The notes beneath the pieces are model-generated. The model was not told the origin of the DNA. It searched no databases and saw nothing but the letters and a program-made list of their open reading frames with translations. A stretch of DNA of 63,172 nt, counting the filler, from an uncultured bacterium (GTDB lineage: Bacteria > DAOPZR01), in the NCBI GenBank assembly GCA_964637655.1. It is 10 parts of 10 records of this genome, joined end to end, with 100 filler letters (N's around TTAATTAATTAA, not from the genome) between each part and the next. Parts side by side here need not be neighbours in the genome. Positions count along the whole stretch, not along the records: positions 32,064 to 38,282 come from CAZWUZ010000231.1; positions 38,383 to 44,580 come from CAZWUZ010000232.1; positions 44,681 to 50,826 come from CAZWUZ010000233.1; 7 more parts are not named here. One strand, given 5' to 3'. The first letter of the stretch is position 1; each line of letters opens with the position of its first letter. This document shows, in pieces, positions 37,422 through 47,268 of the stretch. The translations under genes were made by a program, and so were the position numbers.

Positions 37422-38282
37422 GGGGTTTCTCCTCCCGGTACGGGCCCGGCGCCGGCGTACCACGCATCCGGTGCAGCCGCGTTATCGCCATGCGGCGGGA
37501 CGTGCGGTTCGACGGTGTCGCCACCCGCGCTGATGCCGCAGGCGGCATAGGCGGCGGCATTGGCCGCGGCGGTTTGTGCCTGGCTGGGCATCCCGAACAC
37601 GTGCCCGAGCAGTGTCGGGAACAACCTGACCAGCGCAACCGCCTCCTGCTCCCCGGCCGGCGCCGTCCATGCATCGGGCGTGCGCGTGTCGCCCGCCACG
37701 GCGCGGAAGCACATGGCGCCGAGCCATTCCAGCACGGTACCGCGCGGCACCTGCAGGTCCGGGGCCGGTACCGCCGCCGCCGGCAGCATGCGGGCATCGG
37801 TCTCCATCGCGTCGTATGCCACGGCGCCCGACACCAGCGGCAGGACGGTCAGTTGCCCGGCGCTGCGCAGCTGCGTACCGTCGCCGGCCGCGGTCACGGC
37901 GAGCCGCCCCGCGCCCGACAGGCGGCAGATACCTTCACGCGTGGTAACGCGCCATTCGCCCGCCGGCGCTGTCGTGCGCACCTCGGCGTCTCCCGCCAGC
38001 AGCAGCAGCCGGTACTGCGGACTGCCGTCATACCAGCGTTCGAGCAGGGCGGCACTGTTGCGCCCGAGGCGCAGTTGCGCGGCACTGCTTTCGATGAACG
38101 GCATCGGGCTTTCGCCCAGCGCCAGCGTCACTTCGCCGTCGCTGCCGGTGACCAGGCCGCAGACATCAGCCAGCGCCTGGCGCGGGTAGGGCTGCTCCGC
38201 GCGCCCGGTGACCCCGTTATGCAGCCAGACGTCACGCGTGCGGCGCACGAGGCGCGCGGGAATGCTCTCGCGATGTCCGGCA
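37418..38282 (-). CDS. FecR-like domain protein (5' partial)
   Basis: LVTGSDGEVTL...LRLGRNS...LLAGDAEVR..VTTREG pattern of FecR beta domains. Confidence 0.5.
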
Positions 38283-38382
38283 NNNNNNNNNNNNNNNNNN
38301 NNNNNNNNNNNNNNNNNNNNNNNNNNTTAATTAATTAANNNNNNNNNNNNNNNNNNNNNNNNNNNNNNNNNNNNNNNNNNNN

Positions 38383-39694
38383 CAAAACCTCTATCACCCT
38401 CGGCCTCTGCCGGGCACTGGCGCGCGCGGGCGTGACGGTACAGTCGTTCAAGGCGGGGCCTGACTACCTCGACCCGACCTGGCTGTCACGCGCGGCAGCA
38501 GCGCAATGCTGCAATCTCGACACCTGGATGAGCGGCATCCCCTACGTGCGCGCGCTCTGCGCGCGGCTGGCGCCGGCGCGCGGAGTGACCCTCATCGAAG
38601 GGGTGATGGGGATGTACGACGGTGCTGATGCGGCGAGCGACGCGGGGAGCACGGCGGAACTGGCGCGCGTGCTAAACGCACCCGTCATCCTCGTCGTCGA
38701 TGCGCGCGGCGCGGCCCGCAGCGTGGCGGCGACGGTGCGCGGCTTCCGCGATTTCGGTGATGCGAACATCGTCGGGGTCATCGCCAACCGCTGCGGTTCG
38801 GAGAAACATGTGCAGATGCTGCAACAGGCGCTGGCGTCGGCGAATCTGCCGCCGCTGGTCGGGGCGATACCCGACGGGGCATGGGGCGAACTGCCGTCGC
38901 GCCATCTCGGGCTGCTGCGCGCTGACGAGCGGGTGAGCGAACAAACCATCACGGCGCTGGCGGATGCCTGCGCACAGCACATCGACCTGAAGGCACTGCG
39001 CTACCTCGCGCGGCAGGCAGCGCAGCTGCCGGTACCGTCGCGCGAAACAAAGCGGAAAACACGCTGCCGCATCGCGGTGGCCTATGATGCGGCCTTCCAT
39101 TTCTACTACGCGGACAATCTTGCCCTGCTGGCGCGGCGCGGTGCGGAACTGGTCTACTTTTCGCCGCTGCGCGATAGGGCGCTGCCGCGCGACTGTGGCG
39201 CGGTCATCATCGGCGGCGGGTATCCCGAGGCGCACGCGGTGCAGTTGTCGCGCAACCGGGCGCTCATCCGCGCCCTGCGGGCGTTTGCCGCACGCGGCGG
39301 GGTCATCTACGGCGAATGCGGTGGCATGATGTATCTCGGTGAGGCGCTCATCGACGCGGCGGGAAAAAAGCATGCGATGGCGGGCGTCATCCCGGTGACG
39401 ACGCGCATGCGCCCGCGGCTGCAGGCACTCGGCTACGTGCAGGCGACGACATTGCAGCCGACACTCTTCGGGCCGGCAGGGACGGAATTGCGCGGTCATG
39501 AATTCAGGTACTCGGAAGTCGCTGCCGAGCGCGGCGACTGGGAACCCGCCTTCGCGGTGAGTGACGCGCGCGGAGAACAGGAGACGGTTGCCGGCTACGT
39601 TCGCGGCAGCGTGACCGCCAGCTACCTGCACCTGCATTTTGCCGCACATCCGGACCTCGCCGACCGTATTATCGCGGCTGCGAAAAAGCGCTGA
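38383..39694 (+). CDS. cbiA: Cobyrinate a,c-diamide synthase (5' partial)
   Basis: KT, FKAGPDYLDP, IEGVMG.YDG, AFHFYY, GGGYPE, GECGGMMYL, GHEFRYS, ASYLHLHF. Confidence 0.95.
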
Positions 39695-40731
39695 TGCTCG
39701 ATATACGCACGTTGCTGGCGGCCAACGCCGTCCTGCTGGCGGTCTTTTCCGTCATCTACCTGATCCTGCCGCGGCAGCTGAATGTGCGCGGCGTCATCAC
39801 CGAATTGCGGCGTCTCGTGCTCTTCCTGCTGGCCGGCATGGTGCTGCTGGCGCTGGCGGCGCCGGCGTATTGCGCGGCGGGGAGCAGCGCCGCGGCGTAC
39901 CTGCGCACGGGGCAGGGGGCGCGCCCGATGGGACTGGGCGGGGCCTATGTCGCCCTCGCGGAGGGGAGCCACGGGATGTACTGGAATCCCGGAGGGCTGG
40001 GTGTCGCGCGGCAGGCGGATGCGCTCTTCATGTACAACAGCAGTTTTGCGGACATCAACAACCAGTTCATCGCCTTTGCCTATCCCCTGCAGCAGGGGAC
40101 CATCGGCGGGGCGGTGACGTATGTCGATTACGGCAACATGGACCGGTACATGCTGACGGGGGCGACGACCTACAGCGCGCAGGGGAGTTTCGGCGCCAGC
40201 GATATGGCCATCGCGGTCGGCTACGGCAACCGGCTGCAGAACAGCGTTGGGGTCGGCATCTCGCTGAAGTACCTGCGCAGCAGCATCGAGAGCGAGGACG
40301 CCAGCGCGTTCGCCTGTGACCTCGGCCTGCTCTATCAGGAGGAGAACAGCCCGTGGCGCGTGGGGCTGGCGCTGACCAACCTCGGGACGAAAATGAAGTA
40401 CATCAGCAAAAAGGACAACCTGCCGCTCGATATCCGCGGCGGCTTCGCCTATACGCTGGCGGGGATGATCCCGGGAGCGCTGACGCTGGCATGCGACGTG
40501 CATAAGCCGGTGGACAACGATGCCGGGGTGAATGTCGGCCTCGAGTATGCCCCGGTGCAGCAGTTCGCGCTGCGGGTGGGCTACGACTCGCTGCAGGATG
40601 CGGGGAACGGGCTGACCGCGGGCGCTGGCTTCGCGGTGGAGCAGTTTGCGCTGGATTATGCGTGGGTTGACGGCGGCAAGCTCGACGACGCGCACCGGGT
40701 ATCGGTGAATTTCAAGTTCGGCGGGCAGTAG
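39694..40731 (+). CDS. PorV/PorQ-like (UPF0164) outer-membrane beta-barrel protein
   Basis: GARPMGLGGAYVALA...YWNPGGL, DLGLLY, NLG, ALRVGY, LDYA, HRVSVNFKF. Confidence 0.85.
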   Translation: MLDIRTLLAANAVLLAVFSVIYLILPRQLNVRGVITELRRLVLFLLAGMVLLALAAPAYCAAGSSAAAYLRTGQGARPMGLGGAYVALAEGSHGMYWNPGGLGVARQADALFMYNSSFADINNQFIAFAYPLQQGTIGGAVTYVDYGNMDRYMLTGATTYSAQGSFGASDMAIAVGYGNRLQNSVGVGISLKYLRSSIESEDASAFACDLGLLYQEENSPWRVGLALTNLGTKMKYISKKDNLPLDIRGGFAYTLAGMIPGALTLACDVHKPVDNDAGVNVGLEYAPVQQFALRVGYDSLQDAGNGLTAGAGFAVEQFALDYAWVDGGKLDDAHRVSVNFKFGGQ

Positions 40732-40951
40732 TCACAGACGCATCTTTGCGGTTGATTCAGTGTGTTTGGCGATATTCTTTGACGCTGCTGTGTGGGCGGA
40801 TAATTGTTGTAGTAAAAGCTGAGGAAGTTTAGCCTGCAAGTTGCTATAATTGGCGGCGGCCATCCGGATTATATAAAATCACTTGATTCCCATGAAATTG
40901 CTGCCCGGTTGTGGTATAATGCCTGGTAAGATGGAGTAATGGAGGTGGGCT

Positions 40952-41191
40952 ATGGGAAGAAGTACGGTGCAATGGACGGTAAGTTTACCGCCGTCGTTGT
41001 CCAAAAAGGCGCTCGCGGCGGCAAAAAACGAAGATCGGACAAAATCTGAATTTGTGCGCGAATCCATCCGGCAGTATCTGGAGCGACGGGCGCTGGAGGG
41101 TGTGCGCAACCGTTTGAGTCGGCGGTTCGCGGCAATGGGTATCCGGACGGAAGCAGACGTTGAACGGATGATTGATGAAGGCCGTCAGTAA
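40952..41191 (+). CDS. CopG/RHH antitoxin
   Basis: TVSLPPSL..AKNEDRTKSEFVRESIRQYL; GGAGG RBS. Confidence 0.88.
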   Translation: MGRSTVQWTVSLPPSLSKKALAAAKNEDRTKSEFVRESIRQYLERRALEGVRNRLSRRFAAMGIRTEADVERMIDEGRQ

Positions 41192-41603
41192 TAAACCGGT
41201 TGTTGTTTTCGACACGAATGTCCTGGTTTCCATGCTGGGTTTTCGCGGTCGCTTGATGGATGCGCTCCTGGCCCTGGTTGATGCGGGGATGGTGCAACCG
41301 TGCATATCCGAATTCATTATTGGTGAATTGGTGCGGAACCTGGCGGGTAAAGCGAAAATGTCCGAGGAAGATATTCATACTTCTGTCGGCTACCTTCGCG
41401 CCCGCTTCCGTTTGTTTGAATCTTCCGAACGGGTGACGAAAGTTGTAAATTGTGAAGCGGACAATCGCATACTTGAATGCGCGCTCGCGGCCGACGCTGA
41501 ATTTCTGGTTACCGGCAACTTCAAACATTTGCGGCCGATTGGCGATTATTGCGGAATCCGTATCGTGACCCCGCGAGAATTTATGGATATTTTCACCGCT
41601 TGA
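41175..41603 (+). CDS. PIN domain toxin (PIN_3 type)
   Basis: VVFDTNVLVS, E, DNRILECAL..AEFLVTGN, IVTPREF. Confidence 0.92.
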   Translation: MKAVSNKPVVVFDTNVLVSMLGFRGRLMDALLALVDAGMVQPCISEFIIGELVRNLAGKAKMSEEDIHTSVGYLRARFRLFESSERVTKVVNCEADNRILECALAADAEFLVTGNFKHLRPIGDYCGIRIVTPREFMDIFTA

Positions 41604-41811
41604 GTGTCGGTGTGGTGTATGCGGCAGAGGCGGTGCGGATCAGGTTGCGCTGCGGGTGGGCTACGACTCGCTGCAGGATGCTGGGAACGGGCTGACCGCG
41701 GGCGCGGGCTTCGGCGTCGAGCAGTTCCGCGTCGATTATGCCTAGGTCGACGGCGGGCACCTCGACGACGCCCACCGGGTATCCCTGAACTTCAAGTTCG
41801 GCGGCCAGTAA
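41601..41811 (+). pseudogene. Displaced copy of the porV-like 3' end with internal stop
   Basis: ALRVGYDSLQDAGNGLTAGAGFGVEQFRVDYA*VDGGHLDDAHRVSLNFKFGGQ*; DNA nearly identical to ~40567-40731. Confidence 0.9.
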
Positions 41812-41831
41812 CAAACATAAAAAACGCGTAC

Positions 41832-41861
41832 TTGACGGCAAAGAATATGGTGCAGTATAAT
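41832..41861 (+). promoter_or_regulatory. Promoter of the second TA pair
   Basis: TTGACG-18-TATAAT. Confidence 0.7.
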
Positions 41862-41919
41862 AACGGCGTGTTTTTGCTGTGACTAAGTGGCGAATTACCT
41901 CGGGTAGGGGAGGGCGAAT

Positions 41920-42147
41920 ATGCAGAGCACCATTGTCACACGGGGACAGACCGCAATACCAGCGCAAATTATGCGTCGGTATGGCATTAAGACACGGATG
42001 CGTCTTGAATGGATTGATGACGGCACAACGATTACTGTGAAACCTTGCGAACCTGAACCGCTAAAGGCATTGCGCGGCCGGTTCCGTGGAAGCAAACTGA
42101 TGCGCGCACTGCGTGTGTCCCGGGCCGGGGAACGGGCGCGTGGTTGA
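41920..42147 (+). CDS. AbrB/MazE-type antitoxin
   Basis: TIVTRGQTAIPAQIMRRYGIK...LEW..DGTTITVKP. Confidence 0.9.
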   Translation: MQSTIVTRGQTAIPAQIMRRYGIKTRMRLEWIDDGTTITVKPCEPEPLKALRGRFRGSKLMRALRVSRAGERARG

Positions 42148-42565
42148 GCGTTACCTGCTTGACACCTCGGCGTTGGTTGCTTTGTTGCTTGATGAACCTG
42201 GCGCGTCGACGGTGCAGGATTTGCTCAGAGCGGCGGGAAAAGCGGAAGCGTCGGTCAGTAGCGCTTCGGCTACCGTAACCGTCCTGTGCTATTTGCTGTG
42301 GCAGAGAGAGGGGGAAAGCGCGGCGAAGGCCGTAATGATTGATGTGCGCGCGCTTCCCGTGAAGGTTATTGACACCCACGAGCGCCTGGCATTGAGGGCG
42401 GCACGGTTGAAAGCGTTGTACCGGGTGTCATTTGCCGATGCGGTTATTGCGGCGACGGCGATGGAATGTGATGCAATACTTGTGCATAAAGACCCCGAAT
42501 ACTCTGAACTGATAAATGAGGTGCGGCAATTGGTTCTGCCGTTGAAAAAATCGTCTAAAAAATGA
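42140..42565 (+). CDS. vapC: VapC-type PIN toxin
   Basis: YLLDTSALVA, SFADAVIAATA, LVHKDPEY. Confidence 0.9.
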   Translation: MVERYLLDTSALVALLLDEPGASTVQDLLRAAGKAEASVSSASATVTVLCYLLWQREGESAAKAVMIDVRALPVKVIDTHERLALRAARLKALYRVSFADAVIAATAMECDAILVHKDPEYSELINEVRQLVLPLKKSSKK

Positions 42566-42610
42566 ATCTTTAACGCTCCATCCGGCGGTGGCGCGTAGAC
42601 GTTCAGTAAA

Positions 42611-42883
42611 ATGGGATTTATCCCCGGCGCGCTGCTGCTGGCCTGCGACGTGCACAAGCCGGTGGACAACGATGCCGGGGTGAATGTCGGCCTCGAGTAT
42701 GCCCCGGTGCAGCAGTTCGCGCTGCGCGTGGGCTACGACTCGCTGCAGGATGCGGGGAACGGGCTGACCGCGGGCGCGGGTTTCGGCGTCGAGCAGTTTC
42801 GCGTCGATTATGCTTGGGTCGACGGCGGGCACCTCGACGACGCGCACCGGGTATCCCTCAACTTCAGGTTCGGCGCGGAATAG
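42611..42883 (+). pseudogene. Second displaced copy of the porV-like 3' end (last ~87 codons, open frame)
   Basis: IPGAL.LACDVHKPVDNDAGVNVGLEYAPVQQFALRVGYDSLQDAGNGLTAGAGF almost identical to 40468-40731; ends FRFGAE*. Confidence 0.9.
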
Positions 42884-43282
42884 CTACTTCTTGCGGTAGG
42901 GCGGTTTGAGGTTATTGAACATCGGGTAGTGGCGTGTATTGAGGGTGATCAGTTCGGCTCCGGCAGATTGAGCGGTAGCTGCGATGATGCAGTCAGCCAG
43001 ACCGACACCATGCGATTTGGCAAAGTCACGCTGCCAGAGCCCGCCCGTTCTGGCAATTTCGGCAGTGAGGGGGAGGAGGCGGAACGAGGCGAGAAAATCA
43101 TCGAGTATCGCCAGTTCGGCGTCATCCCTGATGCCGGCGTAGAGTTCTGCAGCGACCATTGCCGGCAGCAGGATGGATTCCTGATGCCGGGTGATGAAAT
43201 CGACCGCTGCTCGGCGCCCGCGCAGAAAATCAATCAGGACATCGGTATCGACCAGCAGCTGGCGCTGCACCGCATCAGCCAC
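42884..43282 (-). CDS. vapC: VapC-type PIN toxin
   Basis: LLVDTDVLIDFLRG, AELYAG, LADCIIAATA, TLNTRHYP. Confidence 0.93.
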   Translation of the reverse strand: MADAVQRQLLVDTDVLIDFLRGRRAAVDFITRHQESILLPAMVAAELYAGIRDDAELAILDDFLASFRLLPLTAEIARTGGLWQRDFAKSHGVGLADCIIAATAQSAGAELITLNTRHYPMFNNLKPPYRKK

Positions 43283-43508
43283 GGTGCCACGAGGCGCGCA
43301 ACGAACGTGCCGAGGGAAGATCAGTACGCTTCTTCCACATACCGGCGGCCCGGGCTAATGCCTGGCGGCGGCAGACGGCAGCTGATTGAGACAAAAAACG
43401 GTCGAGGGCCTCACGTATCAGGTCGCTGTATTTTCTGCCACTGGCAAGTGACAGGGCTGCCAGACCGTCCCGTTCACGCCGGGTGAGATAAATCTGCGTT
43501 CGCACCAT
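43275..43508 (-). CDS. CopG/RHH antitoxin
   Basis: MVRTQIYLT..SDLIREALDRFL; GGAGG RBS; upstream TTGACA-17-TACTGT with GATGTA/TACATC inverted repeat. Confidence 0.9.
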   Translation of the reverse strand: MVRTQIYLTRRERDGLAALSLASGRKYSDLIREALDRFLSQSAAVCRRQALARAAGMWKKRTDLPSARSLRASWHRG

Positions 43509-43621
43509 AGCCACCCTCCAACGATGTATACACCACAGTACTACATCACTATACTGCTGTCAAGGGCGGAAGTGTCCGTGACCGGCATGCGCCCGGGGCA
43601 CATACTGCCGCTGTCGGTGTG

Positions 43622-44341
43622 TTATCGCTGCTGAAACACGAATGCGTGGTTGGTGGGGCCGTGGCCATGCCCGAGGGGCAGGGCGTGGCGTATCGCCTCC
43701 GTGACAAAGCGCTTGGCGGTGCTGACCGCTTCACGCGGATGCTGTCCCTGTCCGAGCGCAGTGGCGCAGGCGGCGGCGAAGGTGCAGCCGGTGCCGTGCG
43801 TGTTCTTCGTCGCCAGGCGCGGGGCGGGGAGTTCGCTGTAGGCGCTGCCGTCGTAAAAGACGTCGATGGCATCGCCCTGTTCCAGATGTCCCCCCTTGAT
43901 GACGACGGTTTGCGCGCCCAGGGCATGAATGGCCGCGGCGGCGCGATGCATCGCCGCCAGGTCGGGAATGGCGAAAGCGCAGAGCACTTCCGCTTCGGGG
44001 ATGTTCGGGGTGACGATGGTCGCGAGCGGCAGCAGGCGACTGAAGAGCGCGGCCTGCGCACCGTCATAGAAGATCGGGGCGCCACCCATGGCGCGCAGCA
44101 CCGGATCGACGACGAGCGCCGGGCGCCCGGAGCCGTGCAGCAAATCCGCCACCGCCTCGATGACGTCACTGCTGCCGAGCATCCCGGTCTTGACCGCGTC
44201 GGCGCCGATATCGCTCATCACCGCGTCGAACTGCGCGCGGATGAAGTCGACCGGCACGGCATGCACGCCATGCACCCCGAGGGTGTTCTGCGAAGTCAAC
44301 GCGGTGATGAAAATAATGCCGAACCCGCCCAGCGCGGTGAT
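43622..44341 (-). CDS. thiD: Hydroxymethylpyrimidine/phosphomethylpyrimidine kinase, N-terminus replaced by foreign sequence
   Basis: ITALTSQNT, VKTGML, VVDPV, TPNIPEA, KGGH, THGTGCT, GHGPTNH; the IAGSD.GGAGIQAD start is absent. Confidence 0.88.
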   Translation of the reverse strand: MTALGGFGIIFITALTSQNTLGVHGVHAVPVDFIRAQFDAVMSDIGADAVKTGMLGSSDVIEAVADLLHGSGRPALVVDPVLRAMGGAPIFYDGAQAALFSRLLPLATIVTPNIPEAEVLCAFAIPDLAAMHRAAAAIHALGAQTVVIKGGHLEQGDAIDVFYDGSAYSELPAPRLATKNTHGTGCTFAAACATALGQGQHPREAVSTAKRFVTEAIRHALPLGHGHGPTNHAFVFQQR

Positions 44342-44389
44342 GAAGATCTGGATTCTGTTCCAAACCAGGTCGATCGTAACATCTCTCAT
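44342..44389 (-). other. Phage holin-like N-terminus fused in frame to thiD
   Basis: GGAGG RBS then MRDVTIDLVWNRIQIFITALGG, like N-termini of Firmicutes phage holins. Confidence 0.55.
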
Positions 44390-44392
44390 GTC

Positions 44393-44580
44393 TCAAATAA
44401 CCTCCGTATACTTCTCGCTGATCCATAAGACCTCGCCGCCTAACAGGATCGGGACCCAGCCGAGCGTGTTCGCTTGCGTCAGCAGCAAGCCTTTTTTGAC
44501 CGCCTTCACAATGTCGAAATTGGTGTCAGGCCCGGTCCGTATATTTACCGAATCCCCGGTGACGCGAATGGCCTTGGTCG
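44393..44580 (-). CDS. SH3b domain C-terminus, endolysin-like (5' partial)
   Basis: IRVTGDSVNIRTGPDTNFDIVKAVKKG..GWVPI..LWISEKYT; lower GC than the host. Confidence 0.75.
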
Positions 44581-44680
44581 NNNNNNNNNNNNNNNNNNNN
44601 NNNNNNNNNNNNNNNNNNNNNNNNTTAATTAATTAANNNNNNNNNNNNNNNNNNNNNNNNNNNNNNNNNNNNNNNNNNNN

Positions 44681-45788
44681 TGACGTTGCGCAGTTCGCGG
44701 ACGTTCCCCGGCCAGGCATAGTCAAGGAGCAGCTGCCGCGTCGCCGGGGCCAGCGCCGGCACCGCGCGATGATACTGCCGTGCCAGCTGGCGCAGGAAAT
44801 GGTCGCAGAGCAGCGGGATATCGTCGCGGCGCTCGCGCAGGGGGGGGAGGCGCAGCTGCACGACGTTGAGCCGGTAATAGAGATCCTCGCGGAAACGCCC
44901 GTCGCGCACCGCGGTTTCGAGGTCGCGGTTGGTCGCCGCCAGCAGGCGGATGTTGACCCGCACCGGCTGCGTGCCGCCGACCCGGTAGAAGGTCTGGTCC
45001 TCGAGCACGCGCAGCAGTTTCGCCTGCAGGTCCGCGGGGAGGTCGCCGATCTCGTCGAGGAAGAGCGTGCCGCCGTTGGCCAGTTCGAGGAAGCCCTGCC
45101 GCTCCTTGACCGCGCCGGTGAACGCCCCCTTCTCGTGCCCGAACAGTTCGCTCTCCAGCAGCGTCGGGGAGATGGCGGCGCAGTTGACCGGGAGGAACAT
45201 CCGCTCCTGCCGCGCCGAGGCGCCGTGCAGCGCCCGCGCCACGACCTCCTTGCCGGTCCCGCTCTCGCCGGTGATCAGCACCGTGGTCTCCGTCACCGCC
45301 AGCTGCCGCACCATCTGCCGCACCTGCTCGAGGGCGGGCGACTGCCCGACCAGCCCGGCGATGTCGTCGCGCGCACCCAGTTCCGCGCGCAGGCGGCGGT
45401 TGTCACGGCTCAGCGCGCGCTTGTCGAGCGCCCGCTGCGCCAGCAGGCGCACCTGCTGCAGGTTGAGCGGCTTGGTCAGGAAACTGTAGGCGCCCGCGCT
45501 CATCGCCGCCACCGCCCGCTCGACGCTGCCGTAGCCGGTGACCACGATCACTTCCGCGTCGGGCCACAGCTGATGCGCGCGGCGCAGCACCTCGATGCCG
45601 TCCAGCAGCGGGAGCACCAGGTCGGTGAAGACCAGCGCGTACTCGCCCCGGTCGAGAGCGCGCATCGCCGCCTCACCGCTCTCCGCCGTCTCCACCGTCA
45701 CCGGCAGCGCGCGCAGCGCCTCCGCCAGCGCGTTGCGGTTCGCCGCGTCGTCGTCGACGACCAGCACCAGCGGGCGCTCCGTGCTCAC
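44681..45788 (-). CDS. Sigma-54-dependent response regulator, NtrC/AtoC family (3' partial)
   Basis: REC (VVDDD, TDLVLP, LTKP), [32 protein letters not shown]. Confidence 0.95.
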
Positions 45789-46483
45789 GCCGCGCCCCCC
45801 GCCGGCAGCAGGATGGTGAAGTCCGTGCCCTGCCCGGGAATGCTCGCGAACGAGATCAGCCCGCCGTGCGCCTCGAGGTAGCGGCGGGCCAGCGCGAGGC
45901 CCAGTCCGCTCCCCCCGGTGCGCGTCGAGAAGTACGCCTGGAAGATGCGCGGAGCGATGTCGTCGGGGATCCCCTTCCCCGTGTCGATCAGGTCGATGCG
46001 CACCTGCTCCTCCTGCCGCTGCGCGCGCACGATCAGGTCGCCCCCCTGCGGCATCGCCTGCAGGGCGTTGAGCAGCAGGTTGAGCAGCGCCTGCCGCAAC
46101 AGCCCCGCATCCGCGTCGAGTACGGGCAGGTCGGGCGCATAGCTGCGCATGATACGCACCTGCTGCTGCTCCGCCTGCGCCGCAATCAGGTCGAGCGCGC
46201 CGTCGAGCAGCGCGTCCACCCGCACCGGGGCGCGCTGCAGTTCCGGGCCGCGCGTGAAATTCAGGAATTCCTGCAGGATGCGGTCGAGACGCCGCACCTC
46301 GTCACGCATCAGTTCCGTGCGCCGCTTCAGGCGCTGCGTGTGTTCGTCCTCCGCCTGCGCGACCTCCTCCAGCATCAGCTGCAGGTGCAGGTCCATCGCG
46401 TTCAATGGATTGCGCACCTCGTGCGCCAGGCCGCCGGCCAGCGTCGCCAGATAATTGCAGTCGTTCTGCTCAGGCCCGTTCAC
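45785..46483 (-). CDS. Cytoplasmic histidine kinase with no sensor domain
   Basis: AHEVRNPL, NLLLNA, DTGKGI, GSGLGL; start at 46483 or 46522. Confidence 0.9.
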   Translation of the reverse strand: MNGPEQNDCNYLATLAGGLAHEVRNPLNAMDLHLQLMLEEVAQAEDEHTQRLKRRTELMRDEVRRLDRILQEFLNFTRGPELQRAPVRVDALLDGALDLIAAQAEQQQVRIMRSYAPDLPVLDADAGLLRQALLNLLLNALQAMPQGGDLIVRAQRQEEQVRIDLIDTGKGIPDDIAPRIFQAYFSTRTGGSGLGLALARRYLEAHGGLISFASIPGQGTDFTILLPAGGAA

Positions 46484-46594
46484 GCGCTGCTCCCGTAAAA
46501 CCTTCGACACTCCCCGCACCACTGCCGTACCGCCATGCCGCGGGGTGGGTCGCCAGATAGTTGCAATCCTGCGCCGCTTCGCGCATGCTGCCCG

Positions 46595-46906
46595 TCACCG
46601 CGCCAGCGCCTGCGTTTCCGCAATAACCGGGGTCGCCCCGCGGTTTTCAATGATACGAATGGGGCCGTCCACCGCGTACGCGATGTCGATATCGCCGTCC
46701 CCGTCAAAATCATAGTAGAGGGTATACAACTCGATCTGATGCTCCGCGTAAAAGCGCGCCAGTTCCTGCTGCGGCACACCCGCCTGCGGAATGGCCTGCG
46801 CCGGGCCCGCCAGCGGCCAGTCCACCTTCGCCACCAGCCCGAGCGCCGTCACCAGCATCGCCCCCGTGATGATCATCACCCAGTGTGCCCTGCGTTCCGC
46901 CGCCAT
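46595..46906 (-). CDS. Small exported protein with a single FG-GAP/Ca-binding DxDGDGDxD motif
   Basis: Hydrophobic N-terminus; YDFDGDGDIDI..IENRG; GGAG RBS. Confidence 0.6.
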   Translation of the reverse strand: MAAERRAHWVMIITGAMLVTALGLVAKVDWPLAGPAQAIPQAGVPQQELARFYAEHQIELYTLYYDFDGDGDIDIAYAVDGPIRIIENRGATPVIAETQALAR

Positions 46907-47025
46907 CGCCCTCTCCTTCCTCCCGCACCCGACACCGCATGCGTAGGGGAACTCCACATCATGTATCGGCAGTATGGCGTGCCGTCTTGACAGCAGACAT
47001 GCGTCATAACGGCAGTTATTTTTCT

Positions 47026-47268
47026 GGTGCCAGGCACGATGAAGCGGAGCCTGGCACAAAATCCGGTGCCAGGCACGATGAAACGGAGCCTGGCACAAAA
47101 TCCGGTGCCAGGCACTCAACTAATGGAATTGCGAAAATGATTATACCGATATAATTGAACTTACATTATCTTACCTGTTTTTATGATTTAACTATATTGT
47201 GGTCATTTTGATACTTCCGTAATTCCGTTAGTTGTGTGCGAAGCACCGTTTAACCGTGCCTGGCACCA
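47026..47268. repeat. 39-bp tandem palindromic repeats (GGTGCCAGGCAC) plus an inverted-repeat-bounded AT-rich element
   Basis: Units start at 47026, 47065, 47104; inverted copy near 47256-47267; inner imperfect IR at 47117-47137 and 47214-47234. Confidence 0.8.

Noticed and set aside
39694-40731. Evidence for a type IX secretion system
   Set aside because: PorV-like barrels occur outside T9SS-bearing lineages and no other T9SS component is visible.
40468-42883. Diversity-generating retroelement (TR/VR pair) or integron
   Set aside because: Differences between copies are not adenine-specific, no reverse transcriptase or integron integrase is on the contig, and no attC-like sites were seen.
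47026-47115. CRISPR array
   Set aside because: The would-be spacers are near-identical, the period is only 39 bp and no cas genes are present.
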